Source: Candidatus Ozemobacteraceae bacterium | Lineage (GTDB): Bacteria; Muiribacteriota; Ozemobacteria; Ozemobacterales; Ozemobacteraceae | NCBI GenBank assembly: GCA_965140445.1 | Contig: OZ223236.1 | Location: 1,120,001-1,184,000 of the forward strand | Direction: 5' to 3' | DNA length: 64,000 bases | Shown: positions 48,441 to 59,000 of the stretch, one piece after another | Layout of the letters: the number at the start of each line of letters is the position of its first letter | Position numbering within the stretch: the stretch's first letter is position 1 | Program-made: the position numbers and the translations under genes | The notes under the pieces: generated by a model | Told to the model about the DNA's origin: nothing | What the model saw: only the letters and a program-made list of their open reading frames with translations | Database searches by the model: none

Positions 48441-49157
48441 CAAAATGTGAGTCGCAATATTTCCTGCTATTGAAAGGGCAAAAAGTAAATAAAACGCGGC
48501 TTTTCTAGTTTCAGGAAAAATATTTAAGAAGGTCGGCAGAATAATTATAAAAGCATATTCACTTCTAGTAACGTAAGATAAGCTTGCATATAGTAAAAAT
48601 GTTAATCCGAACCAGGCTCCCCAATTTTTAAAATGATCCTTGAATGTACTTAACGCGGAACAGACAAATCCTAATGCCAGGCCTGACAAAATCATTTTTA
48701 AAGCCAGGTGGCCGGTAAAAAGTTTAAATAACAGAAAAATAGGGATTGGCCATAAGTAGGGGAGGGGAGAAGTTACTTCTTGTCTTATGAAGATTACTGA
48801 AGCTACAAACCATATTACTGACATACTCGCAAAAGGTATGAAGTCCGGGGTAAAACCGAACTTATGAAATGAGCTGGCCAATATGGCTGCAATAGTTGCT
48901 TCGACCACAGGATATTGCCATGAAATCTGGCATTTGCAATATCTGCATTTTCCTCTTAAATAAACCCAACTTAAAACCGGTATTAAATCAAAGGCTGAGA
49001 GCTGATGATTGCACTTAGGGCAAGAAGATGGTGGAAATACAACCGAGGTTTTGCTTGCCATTCTGAGGATAACAACATTGCTGAAACTGCCAAGGAGACT
49101 TCCAAAAATTCCAAAAACTATTGTAAAAACGGTAAGTTGAATTTCGTTATAAACCAT
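48435..49157 (-). CDS. PilD-like prepilin peptidase family protein; N-terminal Zn domain intact, protease motifs not seen
   Basis: GSF.NVVI.R, S.CPKC, IPVLSW..LRGKCRYC..IS.QYP.VE; no GxGD. Confidence 0.8.
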   Translation of the reverse strand: MVYNEIQLTVFTIVFGIFGSLLGSFSNVVILRMASKTSVVFPPSSCPKCNHQLSAFDLIPVLSWVYLRGKCRYCKCQISWQYPVVEATIAAILASSFHKFGFTPDFIPFASMSVIWFVASVIFIRQEVTSPLPYLWPIPIFLLFKLFTGHLALKMILSGLALGFVCSALSTFKDHFKNWGAWFGLTFLLYASLSYVTRSEYAFIIILPTFLNIFPETRKAAFYLLFALSIAGNIATHILA

Positions 49158-49216
49158 ATTTGCTGCTTTTTATATTATTTTGTGACTAGAAGAATAGTCT
49201 AATTTCGATTAAAAGG

Positions 49217-49246
49217 CAAAAAAAAAGAGCGACAAAAGTCGCTCTT
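49217..49246 (-). terminator. Terminator of the pilin gene
   Basis: AAGAGCGAC-AAAA-GTCGCTCTT with a T-run on the minus strand. Confidence 0.8.
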
Positions 49247-49263
49247 CATTTTCAGTTCGAAAA

Positions 49264-49626
49264 TTAATTTTCTTCTACTGAACCGTGAACTTCTGAACAA
49301 ACGATTTTTCCTACTCCAGAGATGTCGCCATCAATTTTGTAAGAACATTTTGTTTCTGGTTTAGCGATTGGACCTTTAAGGTAACCACCAGAAACAAGCA
49401 CGCTTGATGCGTCAGTTGGATCGCCCATGTCAGTAGTGATCATGTCTGAGTGATCCATGTTGTACATTTCAACAGCACCAAGAATAACGCGCATGTTTGC
49501 ATAGCACGCTTTTTCGCGAGCCTGTTCACGAGCTTTACGGAAGTTTGGGATAGCGATAGCCGCTAGAATCCCGATAATAGCAATAACGATCATAAGTTCG
49601 ATAAGAGTAAAGCCTCTGCGTTTCAT
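49264..49626 (-). CDS. pilA: Type IV major pilin
   Basis: Class III signal [36 protein letters not shown]; own promoter and terminator. Confidence 0.9.
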   Translation of the reverse strand: MKRRGFTLIELMIVIAIIGILAAIAIPNFRKAREQAREKACYANMRVILGAVEMYNMDHSDMITTDMGDPTDASSVLVSGGYLKGPIAKPETKCSYKIDGDISGVGKIVCSEVHGSVEEN

Positions 49627-49678
49627 ATTACATTTTCCTCCTTTCTCAAAAAATAGTACTCGACCTTCGGTCAACTAA

Positions 49679-49707
49679 AGCGTACCCAAATATGACACTT
49701 CTGTCAA
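49679..49707 (-). promoter_or_regulatory. Sigma70-type promoter of the pilin gene
   Basis: Minus strand TTGACA-17 nt-TACGCT. Confidence 0.7.
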
Positions 49708-49718
49708 GTGCCCCTGAA

Positions 49719-50780
49719 TTAGGCGCTCTTCAGCATACGTTCTAGTTCTTTAGGATGCATTGTGTGTGACATTGCTTCCTCTAAAGTAATATCGCCACGA
49801 AGATACAAATCTCTTAGCGACATTTCAAAAGTTAACATTCCTTCTTCATGGCTGGTCTGCATAACTGTGTACAAACCAGAAACTTTTTGCTCACGAATAC
49901 AGTTTGCTACAGCGGGGTTTCCAATCAGGATTTCATTACAAACGCATCTTCCTTTGCCACTGGCAAGTGGAATCAATTGTTGTGCAACAACGGCCCTGAG
50001 AACAAATGAAAGCTGTGATCTAATTTGTCCCTGTTGATGAGGTGGGAACATATCGATAATACGGTTAATAGTTTGGGCAGCATCTGTAGTATGTAGAGTT
50101 CCGAAAACAAGATGGCCTGTTTCTGCCATTGTACAGGCGGTTCCAACCGTTTCAAGGTCACGCATTTCGCCCACCAGAATAACATCTGGATCTTCACGAA
50201 GAACCCTTCTTAGCGCTTCGCCAAATGATTTTGTGTCGATGTGAAGTTCGCGCTGATTAACGATTGATCTTTTATGGTAATGAAGATATTCAATCGGATC
50301 TTCAATTGTTACGATATGGCATCTTCTGCTTTCATTGATAATATTTACAAGGCATGCAAGAGATGTGGATTTTCCTGAACCAGTAGGGCCGGTAAATAAT
50401 ACCAGGCCTTTTCTGAGGCGAGTAAATTCTCGTAATTTTTCAGGGAGTCGAAGTTCTTCAAGAGTTGGAATTTTTGTTGGAATTACACGGAACGCAGCGC
50501 CAATACATCCTCTTTGCTTGTAAACGTTTACGCGAAAACGTCCAAAGCCGTGAACTGAATATGATAAATCCAGCTCAAGGGTTTCTTCAAATTCTTTTTG
50601 TTGCTCAGCGGTGAGCATATTATAAATCAAGGATCTGGTATCCATTGGAGTTAAAACATCCAGATCTGTAGCAATTAATTCACCATCAACGCGGATAACC
50701 GGGGGGGTTCCAACGGTTATGTGGAGATCGGAAGCTCCATTTTCAATTACCAGATTAAGTAGGTCGTTAAGGACAAACAT
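49719..50780 (-). CDS. pilT: Type IV pilus retraction ATPase
   Basis: ASDLH, GPTGSGKSTSL, TIEDPIE, LREDPD..LVGEMRD, ETGH...TLHT, AVANCIRE (AIRNLIRE-like). Confidence 0.95.
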   Translation of the reverse strand: MFVLNDLLNLVIENGASDLHITVGTPPVIRVDGELIATDLDVLTPMDTRSLIYNMLTAEQQKEFEETLELDLSYSVHGFGRFRVNVYKQRGCIGAAFRVIPTKIPTLEELRLPEKLREFTRLRKGLVLFTGPTGSGKSTSLACLVNIINESRRCHIVTIEDPIEYLHYHKRSIVNQRELHIDTKSFGEALRRVLREDPDVILVGEMRDLETVGTACTMAETGHLVFGTLHTTDAAQTINRIIDMFPPHQQGQIRSQLSFVLRAVVAQQLIPLASGKGRCVCNEILIGNPAVANCIREQKVSGLYTVMQTSHEEGMLTFEMSLRDLYLRGDITLEEAMSHTMHPKELERMLKSA

Positions 50781-50825
50781 TACCTGCGCTCCTTAGGGTA
50801 CATTTTTTTTATATCTAATTTTAAA

Positions 50826-50848
50826 ACAAGGGGGGATTTCTCCCCCCT
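50826..50848 (-). terminator. Hairpin between pilB and pilT (terminator or attenuator)
   Basis: GGGGGGA-TTTC-TCCCCCC followed by TTGTTTT on the minus strand. Confidence 0.55.
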
Positions 50849-50870
50849 CAAGTTGTTTAACAAGAATTGG

Positions 50871-52757
50871 TTAGTGCCCGCCCATTGTTACGCGGACGAC
50901 TTCTTCTAATGTGGTTAGACCAATAAGTGTTTTTCTCAGGGCAGATTCACGAAGGCTTAACATTCCTTCTTCAATCGCCTGACGACGTACGTCATCTGTT
51001 GATCCACCATTTAGAATGATGTCGCGAAGTCTTTCTGACATTGCCATAACTTCGTATACGCCTTGTCTGCCTTTATAACCAGCGTTTCCGCAGGTTTCGC
51101 AGCCTTTGCCTTTGTAGAAAAGCATGTTCTTTTCGTTAATATGCGGCAAATCAAGTCGTCTGAGAAGCTCTGGGGTGATGCCAAATTGAGCAACCTGTTC
51201 AGCTCTTGGTTTTATCTCATATTTACAATCTTTACAGATTTTTCTTACAAGACGCTGTGCCTGAACAATTACAACTGAGGTTGTAACCATGAATGGCTCA
51301 ATACCCATGTTAACAATACGTCCAATGGTTCCTGGAGCATCGTTTGTATGTAGAGTTGAAAGAACAAGATGGCCTGTCATCGAGGCTTTGATCGCAATTT
51401 CGGCAGTTTCAAAGTCACGAATCTCTCCAACCATGATTGTGTCAGGATCTTGTCTCAGGAACGATCTTAGAGCTGCTGCGAAAGTTAATCCAATTTCTGG
51501 TTTACACTGAACCTGGTTGATTCCATGCAACATATACTCGACCGGATCTTCTGCTGTCATAACATTGCTGTCAATTGAGTTCAATGAAGTGAGGGCAGAG
51601 TAAAGTGTTGTTGTTTTACCGGAACCCGTTGGACCAGTAACCAGAATGATCCCGTAGGGCGAGGATATACCTTCTTTGAAACGCTCAAGAGTCTTAGGCT
51701 CGAAACCCAGATCCTCAAGGTTAACCTTTAGTGAGGACTGGTCAAGAATACGCATAACAATCTTTTCGCCCCAGATAACAGGGAGAATTGAAACACGAAG
51801 ATCGATCGATCTATTTGAAACTTTAATCTTGATACGTCCATCCTGAGGTAATCGCTTTTCAGCGATGTTCAGTGACGACATGATTTTGATACGTGAGGTA
51901 ATTGCCGCTGTAGCTTTCTTAGGAGGAGTCATGGCATTCATAAGAACACCGTCCTGCCTGTATCTGATTCTCAATTCTTTTTCAAATGGCTCAATGTGAA
52001 TATCAGATACTCCGTTTTGAACAGCCTGAGCGATAACCAGGTTACAGAGTCGAATAATCGGGGCATCATTCTCCCCAAGTTCTCCAAGTCCGTCAAGATC
52101 ATCGTCAGAATCTGCGCTTCCGATATCTTCAAGGTCATCCATCAGCTTGTCTTGCTGGGCAACTGCTCCGTAGGCATCTTGCAATGCTTTGTTGATGTCT
52201 GTATGGGTTGCAACAACAGGTTTAACCATTAACCCGGTCATCAACTGGATATCATCAATAGCGATGATATTAAGAGGATCTACCATAGCAACGGTAAGCT
52301 TATTACCAACTTTGTTAATCGGAATAAGCATGTGTCGCTTGGCGATATGCTCCGGAACAAGCTTTGCAATTACCGGGTCAATAAGATAGTTCGAAAGGTC
52401 AATAAACGGAATTCGCAGCTGCTTGGAAAGGATTTGAACGATATCTTGTTCTGTGACAAGATGCATTTCAACAAGAACCGCTCCGAGTCGCTTTCCGCTC
52501 TTCTTTTGGAGAGCTAAAGCCTGTTGCAGTTGCTCTTCGTTAATCAGACCTTCATGAATTAACGCATCGCCAAGACGCATCTTTCTAGGAATAGTTCCTG
52601 AAGCTGGCGGTCTAGGCGCTGATTGTTGTGATGCAGGAAGCGGTGGTGCGGCTGCAGGCGCACCTGGTGCTGGTGGCGCTCCCGGTGGCATTGGTGGTCC
52701 AGGTGGCGGTCCTCCTGGAGGTGCCGGAGGAGGTCCGGGCGGTGCATGCTGATTCAT
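50871..52757 (-). CDS. pilB: Type IV pilus assembly ATPase with MshEN domain and Pro-rich N-terminus
   Basis: RLG..L...G MshEN repeats, SDIHIEP, RLPQDGR, GPTGSGKTTT, LRQDPD, CxxC...CxxC. Confidence 0.93.
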   Translation of the reverse strand: MNQHAPPGPPPAPPGGPPPGPPMPPGAPPAPGAPAAAPPLPASQQSAPRPPASGTIPRKMRLGDALIHEGLINEEQLQQALALQKKSGKRLGAVLVEMHLVTEQDIVQILSKQLRIPFIDLSNYLIDPVIAKLVPEHIAKRHMLIPINKVGNKLTVAMVDPLNIIAIDDIQLMTGLMVKPVVATHTDINKALQDAYGAVAQQDKLMDDLEDIGSADSDDDLDGLGELGENDAPIIRLCNLVIAQAVQNGVSDIHIEPFEKELRIRYRQDGVLMNAMTPPKKATAAITSRIKIMSSLNIAEKRLPQDGRIKIKVSNRSIDLRVSILPVIWGEKIVMRILDQSSLKVNLEDLGFEPKTLERFKEGISSPYGIILVTGPTGSGKTTTLYSALTSLNSIDSNVMTAEDPVEYMLHGINQVQCKPEIGLTFAAALRSFLRQDPDTIMVGEIRDFETAEIAIKASMTGHLVLSTLHTNDAPGTIGRIVNMGIEPFMVTTSVVIVQAQRLVRKICKDCKYEIKPRAEQVAQFGITPELLRRLDLPHINEKNMLFYKGKGCETCGNAGYKGRQGVYEVMAMSERLRDIILNGGSTDDVRRQAIEEGMLSLRESALRKTLIGLTTLEEVVRVTMGGH

Positions 52758-52836
52758 TACTGCAATTCCTTCCTTATTTCTTTACAGAAATAATGCAACA
52801 AACTGTAATTATAAATCAAGTGATGAATGATTTATT

Positions 52837-53685
52837 TCAATTATTATAAATACAATTTCTTACAACTTTTTCCGGGGCGTCGTAACCAGTTAAAAGCTTA
52901 AATGAAGCCAGGCCTTGATTAAGCAGAAGTTCCCTGCCATCAATTGTTCTGGCTCCACTGTTTTTTGCGGCTTCTATTAGCTTTGATTCCCGGGAATAAT
53001 TCAAATCAATATAGGTCTTTTTACTATCTAAATATTCCAGTTCTTCAATTTCATCAAAATTTTCCCAGCCGAGTGGGGTGGTATTTATTACCAGAGACGA
53101 TTCTTCTATCGACTCTTTGATGCAATTTCTTGACCAATCGTAAACAACAAATACCTGTGCTTCTTTTTCGGAAGCCCAGGTAGGGATTGAATTCGTTTTA
53201 TTTCGTGCAATTACAAAAATTTTATCGAACCCTTTTTCTAATAATGCCCAGAAAATAGCTTGAGCCGAAGCGCCATTCCCAAATACAGTTGCTGTTTTGG
53301 TTAAATTAAGGTCTGACAATATTTTAAGGAATCCTGTAGCATCAGTATTCCAACCCTGAACTTTTCCTGTGGAAAAATCAACAGAGTTTACGGCCTGTAA
53401 CTTTTCAGCAGGCGCATATAATTTTTCACAAAAAGCAGCAACTTCTTTTTTATGCGGCCTGGTTACATTTATTCCTGAGACATTTAAGGATTTTAATCCC
53501 GAAATGGCATTTTCAAGGTTTTTTGTGCAAACTTTGAACGGTATGTATACCGCATCTAAATCTAATTCTTCGAAAGCTTTATTCCAGAAGTGCGGACTAA
53601 AAGAATGAGCAACAGGGTCTCCAACTATGCCAAAGACTTTCGTTGAGCCTGTAATTCTTGAGTTATCTGTTAGTTTTTTCAGCAC
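52837..53685 (-). CDS. aroE: Shikimate dehydrogenase
   Basis: GDPVAHS.SP, G.NVT.PHK, AVN, NTD..G, NTTPLG, DLNY, L..QG..SF. Confidence 0.9.
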   Translation of the reverse strand: MLKKLTDNSRITGSTKVFGIVGDPVAHSFSPHFWNKAFEELDLDAVYIPFKVCTKNLENAISGLKSLNVSGINVTRPHKKEVAAFCEKLYAPAEKLQAVNSVDFSTGKVQGWNTDATGFLKILSDLNLTKTATVFGNGASAQAIFWALLEKGFDKIFVIARNKTNSIPTWASEKEAQVFVVYDWSRNCIKESIEESSLVINTTPLGWENFDEIEELEYLDSKKTYIDLNYSRESKLIEAAKNSGARTIDGRELLLNQGLASFKLLTGYDAPEKVVRNCIYNN

Positions 53686-53724
53686 TTTTTGAATAATTTC
53701 TGGACGGAATGTAAAGGACTAAAG

Positions 53725-54066
53725 TTAGAAGCTTTTTACTGCTTCTTCTTCTGAATCAAATATTTCAAAGACTTTTGTAAGCCTTGTAAGCTCAAAAAGT
53801 TCCTGCACGGCAGGTGATAAATTAACAAGTTTCAAATCGCCTTTAGATTTTTTTACCTTTTTCAAGGTGGCAGCAACTACTCCCAGTCCCATACTGTTAA
53901 GGTAGTTTACTTCCTGAAAATCCATTACCAATTTGGTTTTTCCATCTGCAACAATCTGGTCAATTTTATCTTTAAACTGATTAACTGTTTCAGTTCCAAT
54001 TTCTCCTCTGAGGACTATCAGAGTTACATCATTTCCCTTGGTTCTTACATCAATTTTTATTTCCAT
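53725..54066 (-). CDS. STAS-domain anti-sigma factor antagonist
   Basis: L.GEI, V.YLNSMGLG, V.ELFELT.L..VF.IF. Confidence 0.9.
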   Translation of the reverse strand: MEIKIDVRTKGNDVTLIVLRGEIGTETVNQFKDKIDQIVADGKTKLVMDFQEVNYLNSMGLGVVAATLKKVKKSKGDLKLVNLSPAVQELFELTRLTKVFEIFDSEEEAVKSF

Positions 54067-54180
54067 ATTTTCCTCCCATTACATTCCTAACCACATGCTC
54101 CCTAAAATTACCTCATCTTTCTCTTATATGCAAGAGAAAGAGAGGAGAATCCGAAAGGGGATTTCTAAGAAATTAATAGA

Positions 54181-55161
54181 TTAAAACTGTTTTGAAGCAG
54201 AGACTCTGTGAGCTTCTCCAAGAGTTTCATCTACATATGAATAATCAAATCTCCATGTATCAAGTTTGAAACTTGCACCAAGGGTAAAATCCCCATCGTG
54301 AGCTCCAAGTCTTAGAGCTGCATATTCTTGCATCCACCATTCAGCACCGGCGAAAAGTTTTGCATCCATATCTTCAACCTTATTGATGTCAGCTGCAAGC
54401 TTGAGATTTTCTTTTGCTTGATAAGCAACACCAAAAGTTGTTGTTACTGGAACACTGTCAGAATTTCCAGAAGGAGTATTCCATTTAAGTGATTCGCCAA
54501 TATCTCTAATTGAGAGACCGAGGGTTGTTTTTGCGTTGGCTTCATAAAGGAAACCAAGGTCAAGTCCCCAGGTATCTGCTGAATTTGTGAAAAGATCTTG
54601 TTTTAGATACTTAACGTTGATACCACCATAAAGTTTGTCTGAAAGTTTTTTAGCATAAGAACCAAAAGTATTCTTTTCGGTATCATCGAAGTAACCAAAA
54701 ATGTAAACGTTTCTTCCAGGAGTGTAACTCCCGTTTGGGTTTGTTGCTGGTTCGTCACCTGTTAAGGCCAAACCATCAGTTCTTGCATTTGCAAGACGAG
54801 TTTCTGGGATTCCATCAACTCCAAATCTCATGTGTGAAAGAGCAACAACGCCATTATCTTTGCCATCTTTCCCAACGAGAGGATGGACGTAGTTGAAGAA
54901 ATTGTATTCTCTGTCCATAGTCAGGTTAGCATGCATAAATGAAGCTTCAGGTTTCTTCATTTTTGCCAGACCTGCTGGATTCCAGAATGCCGCAGTAGAA
55001 TCATCTGCTACAGCTGTGAAAGCACTACCCATACCTAGTGCTCTTGCACCAACCCCCATTTTAAGGTAAGCACCAGCTTGGCCTGCAGATTCTGCAAAGG
55101 CTGCGCTCATTGTGCTAACACTTAGTGCTATGAGGAAGAGTGTTTTGAAAACCTTTTTCAT
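54181..55161 (-). CDS. PorV/PorQ-family (FadL-like) outer-membrane beta-barrel
   Basis: Signal peptide from MKKVF; LKMGVGARALGMG.AFTAVADD..A.FWNPAGL; DLG; FDYSY...LG..HR.S...F terminus. Confidence 0.85.
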   Translation of the reverse strand: MKKVFKTLFLIALSVSTMSAAFAESAGQAGAYLKMGVGARALGMGSAFTAVADDSTAAFWNPAGLAKMKKPEASFMHANLTMDREYNFFNYVHPLVGKDGKDNGVVALSHMRFGVDGIPETRLANARTDGLALTGDEPATNPNGSYTPGRNVYIFGYFDDTEKNTFGSYAKKLSDKLYGGINVKYLKQDLFTNSADTWGLDLGFLYEANAKTTLGLSIRDIGESLKWNTPSGNSDSVPVTTTFGVAYQAKENLKLAADINKVEDMDAKLFAGAEWWMQEYAALRLGAHDGDFTLGASFKLDTWRFDYSYVDETLGEAHRVSASKQF

Positions 55162-55258
55162 ATTGTTTCCCCTTACGATTCGATAGAACTGGTTATCTTG
55201 TTTTTCGGCAACATGACTGATTTTGTGAATAGTTTTTTTTAAGATAACCAAATTATTT

Positions 55259-55951
55259 TTAAATTCCTGAGAGTCCCAGGTCCTTAAGCGTCTTGTAAAT
55301 CTGTGAAACAGAGCTGTCGTTAGAGCTGTCTTCGGCTCTTGCAACATTGATCTGGGCTCTGGCTTTGTCAGCGTCGCCCAATTCTCCACGCCAGAAATAA
55401 GCCAAAGCTAACATTGCATGCGCTTCTGCGTTACTTAATCCAATAGGGTGGGTAGATTGGAATACAAAGGCAGTGTTACCAAGTCCGACTTGTTCAAGGA
55501 CTTGAATTGCCTGTTTAAAGCCTGCTGCCTGACCTCTTTGAATTAAAGCCGCCGCAAGACCAACTCGGGATTCATTGTTTGAAGAAGCTGCTTGGGTAAA
55601 GGCCGAATACCCGGACTCAACGCCTGATGATTTAGTTAAAGCCCAACCAAGACCATTATAGGCAGCAATTCTTTGTTCTTCAGTCAGATTTTCAAGAAGA
55701 AGAATCTGATTATATTTGTTTATCGCACTACTATAGGCACCGTAACGGAAATCTTCCCAACCAGATGCGTTTAAGGAATCTGGATCCGTTTCTCCGGTTG
55801 TTCCACCAGTTGTTCCTCCGGTACTACCTGTTCCTGTGGTTGGCACTTCAGGTGGTATTGTATAGCGTCCACTTCCGCCTCCGCTTCCACAGCCGCTGGC
55901 AATCAGGATTACTATGGCAATGGTAAACAGCACCAGGAATTTCTTGTTCAT
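55259..55951 (-). CDS. Lipoprotein with Gly/Thr-rich linker and TPRs
   Basis: Lipobox IASG|C, TTGGTTG linker, GWEDF..G.Y..A and AYNGLGWA TPR helices. Confidence 0.8.
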   Translation of the reverse strand: MNKKFLVLFTIAIVILIASGCGSGGGSGRYTIPPEVPTTGTGSTGGTTGGTTGETDPDSLNASGWEDFRYGAYSSAINKYNQILLLENLTEEQRIAAYNGLGWALTKSSGVESGYSAFTQAASSNNESRVGLAAALIQRGQAAGFKQAIQVLEQVGLGNTAFVFQSTHPIGLSNAEAHAMLALAYFWRGELGDADKARAQINVARAEDSSNDSSVSQIYKTLKDLGLSGI

Positions 55952-55996
55952 ATTGCTATCTCCAATCAAATTTCTTTTGCAATTTTGGGTATTTGT

Positions 55997-56025
55997 GTGA
56001 CTGCTGACATTTAGTCAGCAGTCAC
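55997..56025. repeat. Perfect 12-bp inverted repeat (hairpin without U-tract)
   Basis: GTGACTGCTGAC-ATTTA-GTCAGCAGTCAC. Confidence 0.85.
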
Positions 56026-56037
56026 GAGTAGACTTTG

Positions 56038-59000
56038 TTAGCGAAGAACCGCGATCTTATGGATGTATTTAGATTTCTGGTTCCAGTTGTCTGGATCTCT
56101 AAGGGTTATCTTGGCTATATAGACACCGTTGGCGACATATTTGCCAGACTGGTTTCTCAGGTTCCAGACAATGTCCTGAGTTCTTCTTACTCCATCAAAT
56201 CCAGCTCTAAGAGATAGATTGGAGGAATCCGCAACTTTGTGACCAGATACGTCGTAGATTTTTACTTCCAGTTCACCCCAGTCAACATCTGGTCGGTTTG
56301 TGCTTACTCTCAACGCAACCTTCGATCTGGCTGGGTTTGGATATTGCACTACTTCGTAGATTGCAACCGGAGGAAGAACTGCAAATCTGATTTCTGGGCT
56401 GATTGTTTTATTGCCAGCCTTATCAGCTACCTTCAGGCTCATGGTGTAATCACCGCCTACTAGTGCCGAAGCCGGAGTAAATCTTACCTGTCCGGCTTCT
56501 TCGTTTATCATGGCCGGAAATTCTTTGCCATTTAAAACTACAACCAGACTGTTAACATCTACACCAGAACCAAGTTCTTCAAGATTCCAATCAAATACAG
56601 GTTTTGCTTCTCTGATAGGCTCACTTGTGATTTGAGTTCTTATTGAAACTCTTGGCGCAAGTGTGTCTTTCATCAGAGCGAATGTTCCGCCAGATGAAGC
56701 TGCAAACCTGAGTTGTCCATTTTCAATAGTTGCATCTACGGCTTTCCAGCCAAGATTCATATCGCTTACATAAAGACCTACTTGAGGATTGAGGTCTTCT
56801 GCATCAACACTCATCTGCATTAAAGCCTGACCAGCCATGCGTCCAGATGGGAGATTCATTGTGTAAGCTTTACCGGTTGGGATAAGCTCTGTAGCTCCAT
56901 ATCCTTCTATGGTGCTGGCCCTAATTGATTCAAGTTGAGTGCTTGTAAGATTAGCAAATACTGTTGGAACTATTCTGGCTGCTCTGGAAGTGCTTTCTCC
57001 AACTTTGGTCAGCCCTTCTGGAACGATAGTTACAACTGAATTTTCTTTGAGAGTTCCTGGCTCAAAGACTGCAGTTAACAGGTTGTCAGGAGATTTTACT
57101 TCCGCTCTTACTGAAGCATTTACGTATGCGGTTGAGAAGCTTAGATTTGCTGTTCCAACGTTAGTGGAAACATCTTTTCCAGTTACCTGGATCGTAGCTA
57201 CTCCGGGGTAATTCATATCCAGATGAGCGCCACCAATAAACAGTCTATTGTTTGGTCCTGCATTGAGAACCAGAGAAACTGCTGTTCCGCCACTTTGTGT
57301 TATGACGGCAGTTGGAGCGCCAGACAGGTCTTCGTTTGAGCTCACAGCAACACTGATATCATATTCGTTTGCAGGGTTACTGAATGCTGTTATGGTAAGA
57401 ACTGGTGGAGTAATATCCTGACCCTGGAAGGTTACGCGGGCGGTGTCGCCGTTACTATAGTTTCCATAAAGATCTTTTACTCCGGAAGCAACAATCGTGT
57501 AGTTTTTAGTTTCAACGATATCGTCAAATGCTGTGATAGTTACTGATTTAAGGTCGGCTCTCAATGAAACTGATTCAATGGCTACAGTGTCTGTTCCACT
57601 CGTTAGGCTGTAGTTTCCAGCTTGTTGAGAGGTGACTGCATCAATTGTTTCATCAAATACTATATTGAATTTCTTTTGTGAGCTGAGACCATCATAAGTA
57701 ATATTGGCAATTAACGGTCCCTGACCATCGGCGGTAAATTGTGCAGAATTGTTTCCAGCTGCTATTGGATCGTCATCAATGCTTCTGAAGCCAGGAGTTA
57801 TAGTAACTGTATAGAGTAGGGCATGAGTTACTGGCTGGTTAAGAGGTATTGTTACTGTTTTTCCGCTAACAACTATTGGAGAAGCTGCACCAATTCCAAC
57901 CGGGTTGGAAGGAGTTATAGTGTAAAGATTTGGATTCTGCGCATCAGTAGCATTTACATCATGGCTGAATGTTAATCTGATATTGTTTCTATCTACCTGA
58001 GTTACATCTGTAATTTTGAAAACAGAGTTTACAACCGCAACGTCCAGGGTTGCCTGTGTGGAAACGTTTTCAGCAAGGTCGATAACTGAAACTTTGTAAG
58101 TTCCGTCGACAACTGGTTGCAGATTGGTGTCTGTTCCATCCCAAACAGCTATCAGTGGAGGACCTTCAAGAGGAATTTCCTTGATTAGGGATGATCCTGC
58201 AGTAATCCTTACCATTGCCGTTCCAGATGCAACAGTTGGGTCTGTAGTGTTTACAGCGATCTTTAATTGTGTAACTCTTGGATTGAATCTGGTTACTGCA
58301 GCGCCGTTATCAACTCTGAATGCCTGGATGGAGCTGATTGTAGGTGCAGTGCGGTCAACCGTAAGTGTGCTTGTCGCATTACCAGAACCGCCAAGAGGTT
58401 CTGCAAGGTTTCCTGCTTTATCAACAAGACTGACCAGATAGTCTCCATCGGTGAGCGTTCCAGCTGGAACACTTGTGTTTTGTCCATCATAGCTGATGGT
58501 GTAACCGCCACCAGAGAGAGCTGTCATTGGGAATGAGTCTGTCGCTGTTCCTGGACTTGATGGAGTTACAGGACCAGTTAATCTCATGAATAATTCTTGT
58601 CCGCTGCTTGGACCAAATACATCTACCTTAACAAACGAGTTTACCGCTGGGCTGAAGTAGGCTTTGCCCAAATAGGTTTTTACATTTGTATAATTCCATG
58701 ATGATACTTTTGGTTTTTGTCCATCATAGGTAATAGACCCACGCTTACTGCCTTCATTTCCTGCATCATCGTAGATTCTAAGGTCATATTTGGTTGGGCC
58801 GGTCATTCCGATAAGTGTTCCACCTATTGTTCCGTCCCATTTTGCTGTTCCTGTCAAACCGCTAACCGTCATTGGGAAGCTTGCCAGCGATGATTCGCCC
58901 TGATACAAGTGCGCCCAAAGAGTGGAATTTGTAGGAGCAGTCAGGAAAGTGGCTGTAATCGTAGCAATTCCAGGGGCAACATACGGGCTGAAAGGATAGT

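Noticed and set aside
49627..49674. N-terminal extension of the pilin ORF
   Set aside because: Contains the AGGAGG RBS; the class III signal begins at ATG 49626
49719..52757. Somewhat higher GC in pilB/pilT as a sign of horizontal transfer
   Set aside because: Explained by the Pro-rich tract and codon bias; no mobility genes or boundary repeats
55162..55389. 76 aa N-terminal extension of the PorV ORF
   Set aside because: Overlaps the lipoprotein gene; the AAGGGG RBS and signal peptide indicate the start at 55161
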